Source of the DNA: a virus
Lineage: Duplodnaviria > Caudoviricetes
IMG/VR virus record: IMGVR_UViG_3300031992_000019
DNA: 64,000 nucleotides
Reading direction: 5' to 3' (one strand)
Positions within the stretch are counted from its first letter, which is position 1. Every line of letters begins with the position of its first letter. A program made the translations under genes and the position numbers. This document shows positions 28,280-36,174 of the stretch, piece by piece. The notes under the pieces were generated by a model. It saw only the letters and a list, made by a program, of their open reading frames with translations, did no database searches and had not been told where the DNA came from.

Positions 28280-29470
28280 ATGACCCAATTCCAACCATCA
28301 CACGTGCCGGCTGTTCTGAGGTGTAACAGCTCTTGGTACATCGAGTATTACTACACTAACAGTCACGGCGACCTGGTGAGGGTTCGCCATAACCTTAACC
28401 GAATACTTAAGCGTTTCCGGAAAGTGGCCGACAGGAAGGCCTACGCACAGCAGGAGGTGGCGCGGATCAATCTGAAACTCTCTCAGGGGTGGACGCCTGA
28501 AGCTGAGGAGCGGATGGCCGCGAACAGCCTGGCAGGCACGCCATGGGCCGACGTGAAGGCGCACTATCTGGAATACCTGGGGAAACAGGAAAAGCCGTAC
28601 AAGATGTCGCACTCTACGGCCTTGACTTATCGTTCGACGTTCGGGATCTTCTGCTCATTTGTTGAGACGGTCCCCACATTATTATATATATATATGATAG
28701 ACGCGGACGTGGTGAGGCGGTTCCTGGACTGGTCGATGGCCGTTAGGAAGGTGAGCGAAACGACGCGCGACAACTACAGGAGATGGCTGCACTCGTTCTG
28801 CTCGTGGCTGGTGGACTGCGGATATCTGCAGGAGAACCCGGTGGAAAAGGTGAAGCCCCTCACGGGTGGCCACCACACGAAGCAGCAGGGGCGGGACGCG
28901 ATGAAGTCGAAGTACATCTCGGAGAGGGACAGGGTGAGGATGTTCCGATGGATGGATGAGAATGACCCGTGGCTGAAGCTGGCCGTCCTGCTGTGCCATG
29001 AGTGCTTCCTCCGGACGAAGGAGGTGGCACAGCTTCGGGTGGAAAATATCCGGCTGCACGACTCGCTGATATTCGTGCCAGCGGCCATCTCGAAGAACAA
29101 GACGGACGCATTCGTGACGCTGACGGATGAGGTGGCGCGGCTCATGATCGACCTGGGCGTGCTCGAAAAGCCCGGGCACTGGTATCTGTTCTCACGGGAT
29201 CTGCGCCCGGCGGAGAGGGAAAAGCCGACGAGAGGTGACGAGATACGGGAGCGATGGAGGGCGATGTGTGACGCGCTGGGGATGCCGAAGACCACCTGGT
29301 ACTACCACATGAAGCACACGGGCATCACGGACATGGCCGCGTCGATAACGCCCAGACAGGTGCAGCTTCAGGCAAGACACCACTCGATCGAGATGACGGA
29401 GCGGTACATGCAGAAGACGGAGCCGAAGGCGAACGAGGACATCAGGAGATGGAAGGGGGCGAAGAGGTAG
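28280..29470 (+). CDS. int: Tyrosine recombinase / integrase
   Basis: FLRTKE (R), SKNK (K), YHMKHT, ARHHS (H), TERY (Y); ORF open from 28100, but the ATG at 28280 after an A-run is preferred. Confidence 0.9.
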   Translation: MTQFQPSHVPAVLRCNSSWYIEYYYTNSHGDLVRVRHNLNRILKRFRKVADRKAYAQQEVARINLKLSQGWTPEAEERMAANSLAGTPWADVKAHYLEYLGKQEKPYKMSHSTALTYRSTFGIFCSFVETVPTLLYIYMIDADVVRRFLDWSMAVRKVSETTRDNYRRWLHSFCSWLVDCGYLQENPVEKVKPLTGGHHTKQQGRDAMKSKYISERDRVRMFRWMDENDPWLKLAVLLCHECFLRTKEVAQLRVENIRLHDSLIFVPAAISKNKTDAFVTLTDEVARLMIDLGVLEKPGHWYLFSRDLRPAEREKPTRGDEIRERWRAMCDALGMPKTTWYYHMKHTGITDMAASITPRQVQLQARHHSIEMTERYMQKTEPKANEDIRRWKGAKR

Positions 29471-29503
29471 GCCGCGACGGTGACACTTTGGCAGCGGACG
29501 GAC

Positions 29504-29540
29504 AAAAAGAGAGAGCCAGGGCGTTATGCCTTGGCTCTCT
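29504..29540. terminator. Hairpin terminator between convergent units
   Basis: AGAGAGCCAGGGC/GCCTTGGCTCTCT with a flanking A-run. Confidence 0.65.
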
Positions 29541-29694
29541 TGATTAGTTGGTCGATGTAGGCGGACTTGTTGGCGACTCGGTCGAGCAGCGCGGCCGCTT
29601 CGGGCGTCAGACGGATGGAGAGACGGACGGAACGTCCGGAGGTTTCGGGGCGCCCGGCTCCTTCACGGGCGCCTCCGTGGGTGTTGGTCGGCAT
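29524..29694 (-). CDS. Small DNA-binding protein (GGAR.GAGRP motif plus RHH-like region, 56 aa)
   Basis: Manual translation MPTNTHGGAREGAGRPETSGRSVRLSIRLTPEAAALLDRVANKSAYIDQLI... Confidence 0.7.
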   Translation of the reverse strand: MPTNTHGGAREGAGRPETSGRSVRLSIRLTPEAAALLDRVANKSAYIDQLIKRAKA

Positions 29695-29704
29695 AGTTAG
29701 ATGG

Positions 29705-30154
29705 TTATTTTACGGCATCTTCAAAAATGGTGTCTTCGGTCTCGTTGCAAATCACTCGGACTGTGCCTCCCTTGTACGACTTGAAATAGCCGTCTGCCTG
29801 GCTCCATCCGTTGTTCATCTCAACATAGTCGAGAGCAGCCTGTCGGCCCAGATGGTAGCCTTCGTTGTCGCTCATGGTGGCGGTATCGAATACGACATCA
29901 TAGGTGTATTCGTCGCCATCCATCGAGAACAGACAGCCTCCTGCTCTGTACACGATACGCTCGCTGTCTTCGGGGAGGTCGAGCTTGCGGAGAGCGATGG
30001 CCCTCTCTTCGGTGTCGGTAATCATAGTGCAACCGGAGGATTCAATCTCAGCCAGGATCTCCTGTGCCAGTTCTTCGTCTTCTACGCAATAGGGGTCGGC
30101 ATTGAATGTTGCAACTGCATACATGAGATCGTCGGTGTTAAAAGTCTTTTTCAT
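29705..30154 (-). CDS. Acidic hypothetical protein
   Basis: 149-aa ORF in an accessory operon. Confidence 0.65.
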   Translation of the reverse strand: MKKTFNTDDLMYAVATFNADPYCVEDEELAQEILAEIESSGCTMITDTEERAIALRKLDLPEDSERIVYRAGGCLFSMDGDEYTYDVVFDTATMSDNEGYHLGRQAALDYVEMNNGWSQADGYFKSYKGGTVRVICNETEDTIFEDAVK

Positions 30155-30187
30155 AATGGTAGGGGTTTTATTTGTAAAAAAAATGGG

Positions 30188-30445
30188 TTAATAATTCGCG
30201 GGGTTGAAGGAGTCGAAGCTCATGATATAACCGTTGAAGGTGTTGGCCTGCTCGGTCTTGTGGACGAACCAGTCGGCCACGTCAGCGCTACGGCCTTCGA
30301 CAGACTTGACAACAGACTTGGGGAACCATATCTCCTTCATGCGGGTGCTGCCGTTGCCCCAGGTGACCGGGCAGAGGAGCAGGATGGCCTTGGCTGTCTC
30401 TTTCACTACGCTCTCGATGTTGATTGTGATGCTGTTCGTTTTCAT
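30188..30445 (-). CDS. Hypothetical protein
   Basis: KETAKAILL...WFPKS motif; start MKTNS. Confidence 0.65.
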   Translation of the reverse strand: MKTNSITINIESVVKETAKAILLLCPVTWGNGSTRMKEIWFPKSVVKSVEGRSADVADWFVHKTEQANTFNGYIMSFDSFNPANY

Positions 30446-30487
30446 ATCTGTAGGGGTTTTAATTGTTGTTTTGTTCTCTTTTTCTAC

Positions 30488-30521
30488 TGCAAAGATAAGG
30501 CTTTTATTTTGATTTTGCAAG
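30488..30521 (-). promoter_or_regulatory. Promoter of the three-gene accessory operon
   Basis: CTTG-N20-TATCTTTGCA. Confidence 0.6.
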
Positions 30522-30615
30522 ACATTTTCAAAATATTTTTTGTTTTGGCTTGATTTTGTCGTGCATTTTCAAGTTATTGACATCTTCGGGTGTCAATTTT
30601 TGAGCGTAAGACGAT

Positions 30616-30656
30616 AAAAAAGCGTCCCCTTCGGGCTGATGAAGCGGAAGGGGACG
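30616..30656 (-). terminator. Terminator at the end of the tail operon
   Basis: CGTCCCCTTC/GAAGGGGACG stem with T6. Confidence 0.65.
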
Positions 30657-30702
30657 GGGATTGCAGCCAAAAACGGCTGCGGCGGGGACACGGGGGAGCG
30701 GG

Positions 30703-31854
30703 TCAGGATGGGAGGATGGGAGTGGGAGCAGATGAAGGGTCAACCATGAGTTCCTGCTGGAGTTCCTTGATCTGAGCGGCTGTGATGCCGACGACCTCGG
30801 TGAGGAACCGGTAGCACTGGGTGTAGTAGTCGGAGCCGAACTTCTTCTCGATGGCCTTGTCGAACTGACGGAAGTCGTCTTCACCTCCGATATCGTCCCA
30901 CATCTTGGTATTTAACCAATACAAGAGGGACGTGAGCTCGTAGTATCCCTGGGCGATGCGCTTGGGGACACCACAGATGCCCTGCAGGATGTAGCAGAAT
31001 GTCCCGGTGCGGTCGGCTCCTGCGTAGCAATTAAACGCGACACGGTGGCCTGCCTTGAGTTCGGTGATGAGCTTTGTGATTGCGGTTTTCCATCCGGTGG
31101 GCTTGGTGAGGCATGACGTGTAGTCGTTGATGGTGCAGTCGATTCCGGCAGGGAACAGGTCGGGACGCCATGGCTTCTCGGTGTTGGAAGATGTGCTCGG
31201 CTTGCGGAGGTTGAGTTGATAGTCGATGCCAAGGGACTGGATGAGTTTGTAGTCATTACTTCCAACCTCCACGTAATCCGGGTTGGCTCCTCGGAATACG
31301 CGGTCCATCTTCATAATTGGGCCGTAGGCGATATCCCTCACGTTTGGCCACGTAGGGATATTGATGAGCCTGATGAAGCCTATGGTCTTGAAGTCGCCCT
31401 CCTTGATGATGGTGGTTCCATTCATGACGGTCCAGTGGTACACCTTGCCGGGCAGCAGCTGGTAGCACGCATAGACGTTATTTTCGGGGAGGATGGTCTG
31501 AGACGGGAGGCCTTCGGACTCGAGCAGCAGGGAGTCGCCGCCGCTGCAGAACACGAGGAAGGGGTTGGACCGGTCTGCCATGTTCTTCTTGCTGGACTCG
31601 CTGACGTACTTGGTGAAGTACCACATACGGGAGACGTCGGAGTACTTATACCCGAGCGTTGGGAGCAGCTTGAAGTAGTAATCGACGATGGGGTTGACGA
31701 TGTTGTGGATGGGGATCTCGTCGGAGACGAACTGCTCCCACCCGGCCGAAGCCTCGGCAGCGGCGGATTTGACCGCCGTGCCGATAGTCCGGTCGATGAG
31801 CTTGCGGACGCCCGAGAAGATGGCGCCCAGAGAAGAGAGAGTCAGGAGCTTCAT
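30703..31854 (-). CDS. Protein with a Cys-based tyrosine/dual-specificity phosphatase domain
   Basis: NVRDI, VFRG, NLR and CX5R P-loop NCYAGADRTG. Confidence 0.8.
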   Translation of the reverse strand: MKLLTLSSLGAIFSGVRKLIDRTIGTAVKSAAAEASAGWEQFVSDEIPIHNIVNPIVDYYFKLLPTLGYKYSDVSRMWYFTKYVSESSKKNMADRSNPFLVFCSGGDSLLLESEGLPSQTILPENNVYACYQLLPGKVYHWTVMNGTTIIKEGDFKTIGFIRLINIPTWPNVRDIAYGPIMKMDRVFRGANPDYVEVGSNDYKLIQSLGIDYQLNLRKPSTSSNTEKPWRPDLFPAGIDCTINDYTSCLTKPTGWKTAITKLITELKAGHRVAFNCYAGADRTGTFCYILQGICGVPKRIAQGYYELTSLLYWLNTKMWDDIGGEDDFRQFDKAIEKKFGSDYYTQCYRFLTEVVGITAAQIKELQQELMVDPSSAPTPILPS

Positions 31855-32102
31855 TGCTTGGCGTTGAGGATAGCGTCGATGGCCTCTTCGACCTCGGTGT
31901 CGGTGGCGAACTCGTCATTAGAGGCGGGCTTGGCCTGCTCGACCCAGCCTGCATCCTTGCGGACGTATGCCTTGCCGTCCTTGGGGGCTTCGCCTACCTT
32001 GGCGGCAATGACCTTGTCCTGCTCGGTGAACATGGTGGCGATTGCATTCATGATCTTCGCAACGACCTTGACCAGTTGTGAGAGGGAGATTTTTTTGTCC
32101 AT
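31851..32102 (-). CDS. Foldon-containing small protein (83 aa)
   Basis: VGEAPKDGKAYVRKDAGWV resembles the T4 fibritin foldon. Confidence 0.75.
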   Translation of the reverse strand: MDKKISLSQLVKVVAKIMNAIATMFTEQDKVIAAKVGEAPKDGKAYVRKDAGWVEQAKPASNDEFATDTEVEEAIDAILNAKQ

Positions 32103-32124
32103 AATGCTGAACGGGATTAAAGGG

Positions 32125-32277
32125 TTAGACATTGAGAATCTTGTCGAGACTCTCGGAAACTTCGGAATCGGTGGCGAAGGTATCGACTTCGACCCATTCG
32201 CCATTCTTGCGGACGTAGGGACGTCCATCCTTGGGGGCCTCGGGAACGAGACCGAGCCATCGGTAGATGCGGTTCAT
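32125..32277 (-). CDS. Foldon mini-protein (50 aa)
   Basis: Manual translation MNRIYRWLGLVPEAPKDGRPYVRKNGEWVEVDTFATDSEVSESLDKILNV. Confidence 0.75.
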   Translation of the reverse strand: MNRIYRWLGLVPEAPKDGRPYVRKNGEWVEVDTFATDSEVSESLDKILNV

Positions 32278-32278
32278 A

Positions 32279-32377
32279 TCAGTCGGATATTTGAGACAGG
32301 ATGATGACCAGGGCGGTGGCCAACAGGATGAGCCAGCCGAGGATCTTGGGGAGGGGGTTCTTGATCTGTAGTTGCAT
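32279..32377 (-). CDS. Small single-TM peptide (32 aa)
   Basis: MQLQIKNPLPKILGWLILLATALVIILSQISD. Confidence 0.4.
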   Translation of the reverse strand: MQLQIKNPLPKILGWLILLATALVIILSQISD

Positions 32378-32621
32378 GGTGGTGGGGTGTTATGGCGAAG
32401 GCAGAGCCTGCGCTTGCTGAAAAAAAACGGGAGGGATCCCGCGCATCCTACGCGATGTGGGCTACGGTCCGGACGTAGCCGTTCAGATGAGAAGGACCCC
32501 TGCCCGAGGAGGGTGCCAGGGGTGCGATTTGGGCTTCAGGAGGGAGGCCTGCACCCGGGGCTTGCGCCACGTCTGGCGCCGTTGTGGGGGGTGGACGCTT
32601 TAGGGCTCTAATCGGGTGAGG

Positions 32622-35255
32622 TCAATCGCTCCAAGGCCAGTTGATGCCATAGCCGTTCTCTGGCACATTGTACCATTTCGCCAAGTCAGTACCTGCTGGG
32701 TCAATGAAAGCGTCAGCATCATCCACCCTTTCGCCTTCAACCATGCCCAAGTCCACCATCTTGTTCCAAATCTGCACAGCCTCTATGTAAGCACAGATTG
32801 GGAACTGATGGACACCTTGCTGGTCAAGGAACTCTTCTTCCCAATCGCTTGGCTCCAGAGTATCGTCAGACAACAGTCCCCACCTTAACGCATCATATAT
32901 GCCATTCCCTGCAAGATACCCCCTTATGTTGAGATATTTTGCTCCGAACATTGTGGTCGCGGCTCTCACTATGGCATCGGTGCAGTTGCTTGTGTGAGTG
33001 GTTACGACAAGGAAATTCTCACCGAAATTACGTGCGGCCGCATTGGTCATGGCTGCATATTGGTCTGCGTCATTCTCAAAGCCTCCATTCTGTCCGCTGA
33101 ACCAAATATGCGGCAACCCTCTATCGGTAATCATCCTGCCGTCAAAGCATGTTGTCCCCACACCCACCTTGATGGAGTCGCCGCTTGCATCGCGTGTGAA
33201 GGTGTAAGCATCAGGGGTAGCACATCCGTCAAAATAGAGTGATGTCGAAGATACTGAAATATAGTCGGAGTGCAGATAATCGGCATCTGATACAAGTGCG
33301 TCATGCTCGTTAATGTATCCGCTGATGGTGCATATTTCATCAATATCCAATGCGCTGCCTCCAACAGTTACATGAGGCTCACCGCTTGTTGCAACCGCGT
33401 TGATGTTGATGCGGATATACTTGGCAGAAGAACTCATCATCTTGTTGCCGCCATCCGTGTATGTACCTAACAATGTCTTGCTGTTGTCATAGACAAGGAT
33501 AGCCACCATCTCCAACTTTACAAGCCTGCCCAAGATACCCTTAATCCAAAACGCTTGGCCACCAGATTGCGACCAATTGTAGGGTGTTTCGGCATATTGA
33601 CCATTGGAGTACATCCACGCGCTGCTCAATGCAACATTCACCGAGCCACTTGCAGGCATCACGAACTCCTGCTTCACCCTCGCCATCAATCCTCCTGCCC
33701 TTGTGAGGTTGCCGATGATGTTCTCGCCACCCCTTGTCCTGTTGAGCAGTTCATAGCCTTGATTGTGGCAAATACGCATGAGTTGCACACCCAACTGATT
33801 GCAGAGGCTATCACCATTCAATACAATCTTCTTTGATACTTTCGGCTCCTCTTCTCTTGAAATACCATATTTGGTTGCCTTGACTATGACATCTTCAAAT
33901 GCTGGGTAATTCGCTTGAACCTGCGAACCATTGATTTTTAGTTTCAAGGACTCATACTCTTTATATTCTGTCAAATCAATTTCGCCCTCGTTGTCTGGAT
34001 GAGCATCGTTTCCCTGTAGATTGCCTTTAATCGTTAGCAGCAAGGTATCATCATCGCCAATAAGATAACCAACATTAACATAATCCTTTGCACTCATCGC
34101 ATTTGCAAAACTTATCTTGTCATAATTGGTCACGTCAAACTCCGCTGCCTTACCTGACGCCCAAGCAATGGCCACGTTGTACCCTCGAATCTCGGAAGTC
34201 AAGGGATTGTCGTTCATGTCATACCTTCCATTGGTCCATTGAACATCATTAGTTATATCCTTGTCCTCAAATCCCAATAGGGATGCCATTCCAGATTCAA
34301 GGGTGGTCACCCTCTCGATTGATGGCACCTCGCTCTTGTCGGCCTTGCCGCTTTCCAGGCTGCTCAACCGAGCTTTCATTAAGGAAATTTCGCCAGCCTT
34401 GTAGTATAATGTTGCCGTGAAAGCTGCATTGTTCTGTTGCCCAGTGGAGTTAGATGTGTCCCATCCGCAAAACATGATATAGGCAGCGTTGGGATAATCT
34501 TCAATGTCAATGTCGAAATCGCCATCACTTGAATCAATGGATACGGCCGAGAGGAATTCCTTGCTTGAATCATACAACGCGGCAGGACAAAATGTGTTGG
34601 TATTGTTTTGACATCTATAGGCAGTTACCCTTTCAACCTTGTCAAGACTGATGTAGTCAGACCTCAAGTATGATGTGTATCTTGATGTGTAGCTTGTACC
34701 AGGTCCAGTAGGGCTTCCATCCTTTCGCACGGCTCCTGTTTTCGATAAGGCGGTTGACGTGAGTACAAGTGTACCTCCTTCCGACGTAAGGTCGTCCACT
34801 TTGGGGCCTAAAGCGTCCACCTCGGCCTCGAGGAGGCCCTGCTTGGCGGCGAGGGTCTGGATGGATCCTTCGGTGGAAGTGGGGTCGAGGGCGTCGATGG
34901 CGGCCTTGATGGTGTTGAACTTCTGGAGGGCAGCAGCGGCATCGTCGGCAGCGGACTGAGCGGAGGAGGCGGCGGCCTGGGCGGCAGCTGTGGCATCGCG
35001 GACGAGTTCGGCCTTCTGCTCGGCAGTGAGGTCGGCATAGGTGAAGGCGTCGCCCTTCTCGCCCCTGAAGACGAACTTGAACCAGTAGGCGGTGTTGGTG
35101 ACGGGAATGCCGGTGCATGGCTGCAGGCAGACATAGCCGTTGCCTCCGGACTCGACGAAGTTCAGGAACTTGTAGTCGGCGGCCTCGTCATATGCTCCAC
35201 GCGGGAACAGGGTCCCGGGGATTCGTAGTACTTCTATTGTCGTTTGGATTGCCAT
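32622..35255 (-). CDS. Tail fibre/spike protein with an SGNH/GDSL esterase domain
   Basis: N-terminal virion-anchor-like region; VLNGDSL, GQNGG and a terminal His (QQGVH). Confidence 0.75.
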   Translation of the reverse strand: MAIQTTIEVLRIPGTLFPRGAYDEAADYKFLNFVESGGNGYVCLQPCTGIPVTNTAYWFKFVFRGEKGDAFTYADLTAEQKAELVRDATAAAQAAASSAQSAADDAAAALQKFNTIKAAIDALDPTSTEGSIQTLAAKQGLLEAEVDALGPKVDDLTSEGGTLVLTSTALSKTGAVRKDGSPTGPGTSYTSRYTSYLRSDYISLDKVERVTAYRCQNNTNTFCPAALYDSSKEFLSAVSIDSSDGDFDIDIEDYPNAAYIMFCGWDTSNSTGQQNNAAFTATLYYKAGEISLMKARLSSLESGKADKSEVPSIERVTTLESGMASLLGFEDKDITNDVQWTNGRYDMNDNPLTSEIRGYNVAIAWASGKAAEFDVTNYDKISFANAMSAKDYVNVGYLIGDDDTLLLTIKGNLQGNDAHPDNEGEIDLTEYKEYESLKLKINGSQVQANYPAFEDVIVKATKYGISREEEPKVSKKIVLNGDSLCNQLGVQLMRICHNQGYELLNRTRGGENIIGNLTRAGGLMARVKQEFVMPASGSVNVALSSAWMYSNGQYAETPYNWSQSGGQAFWIKGILGRLVKLEMVAILVYDNSKTLLGTYTDGGNKMMSSSAKYIRININAVATSGEPHVTVGGSALDIDEICTISGYINEHDALVSDADYLHSDYISVSSTSLYFDGCATPDAYTFTRDASGDSIKVGVGTTCFDGRMITDRGLPHIWFSGQNGGFENDADQYAAMTNAAARNFGENFLVVTTHTSNCTDAIVRAATTMFGAKYLNIRGYLAGNGIYDALRWGLLSDDTLEPSDWEEEFLDQQGVHQFPICAYIEAVQIWNKMVDLGMVEGERVDDADAFIDPAGTDLAKWYNVPENGYGINWPWSD

Positions 35256-35256
35256 T

Positions 35257-35835
35257 TTAGTTGGTTGGTTTTAAGTAATAGATTTCGCCGGTGGTGGTAT
35301 CGTAGTGAGGGACGAGGTAGGCGGGCTGGCCTGTGTCCGTGTCGCCGTTGTACCAGTTGCCGTTGTCGCCCACGTGAGGCGTGATGCCTTCGGCCTGGAC
35401 TCCGAGGTTGCGGCCGTCGATGTACCAGTAGCCGTTCTGGATATAGGGGGAACCTGCGAGGATGGCGAGCTCGGAATCCTCGAGGTCGAGATCCACGGAG
35501 ATCTCGAGATTGTCGGGGTCGAGGGGCGTGGCCTGGTGGGTGTGCTGCACAAGCTCGAAGGCAGCCTTGTCGAGACGTGCCTGGCCCAAGAGGCCGCGAC
35601 GCTCGTAGAGCTCGATCATGTAGATGCCCGTGTGCTTCTGCAGGTAGCCCTGATAGATGAAGGTGATGACGTTGCCGTTGACGGTGAAGTCCATCTGATG
35701 GGTGAACTCCTTCGGGTCGATAAGGACCAGCTGGAGGTCGAGGCCTTCGAGGGATTCCTGCCCGTTGGCCTTGACTCGCCATCGGACTGCGAGGGTGTTG
35801 CCCTTGGGGATGCGGCGGGGAGTTAGTTTTGTCAT
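35257..35835 (-). CDS. Baseplate/fibre adaptor-like protein
   Basis: Ig-like N-terminus; PYIQNGYWYIDG...PHVGDNGNW repeats. Confidence 0.55.
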   Translation of the reverse strand: MTKLTPRRIPKGNTLAVRWRVKANGQESLEGLDLQLVLIDPKEFTHQMDFTVNGNVITFIYQGYLQKHTGIYMIELYERRGLLGQARLDKAAFELVQHTHQATPLDPDNLEISVDLDLEDSELAILAGSPYIQNGYWYIDGRNLGVQAEGITPHVGDNGNWYNGDTDTGQPAYLVPHYDTTTGEIYYLKPTN

Positions 35836-35847
35836 GTTGTTTGGGTT

Positions 35848-36162
35848 TTACGTTTTTTCGTAAACAATCTCGCCCGTCGTTGTGTCGTAGCGGACGCTGT
35901 CGAAGGGAAGGGCTGCGGCGATGAGCTCATCGACCTGGGCCTTGGTGTAGGTGTCGCCGCTGTCGGAGGCTCCCTGCTGGGTGCCCATAACTCGGACGAT
36001 CTTGACGGTGCCGTCACGCTGGCGTACCTGATAGGTGTTGCCTCGGGAGGTCTCGGAGGTCTGGACCGTGGTGACTTCGGCCACATCGGCGGCTGGGGCT
36101 ATCGGGATATCGCCTACGACGAGGGTGCCGTCTTGGACGGTGGGGGATATTTGGCGGGACAT
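35848..36162 (-). CDS. Small tail-associated protein
   Basis: YTKAQVDELI motif; shares C-terminal YDTTTGEI with its neighbour. Confidence 0.55.
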   Translation of the reverse strand: MSRQISPTVQDGTLVVGDIPIAPAADVAEVTTVQTSETSRGNTYQVRQRDGTVKIVRVMGTQQGASDSGDTYTKAQVDELIAAALPFDSVRYDTTTGEIVYEKT

Positions 36163-36174
36163 GGGGAGGAGGTG

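Noticed and set aside
30623-30680. Hammerhead-like CTGATGA
   Set aside because: No matching GAAA core or three-stem junction; better explained as a terminator loop
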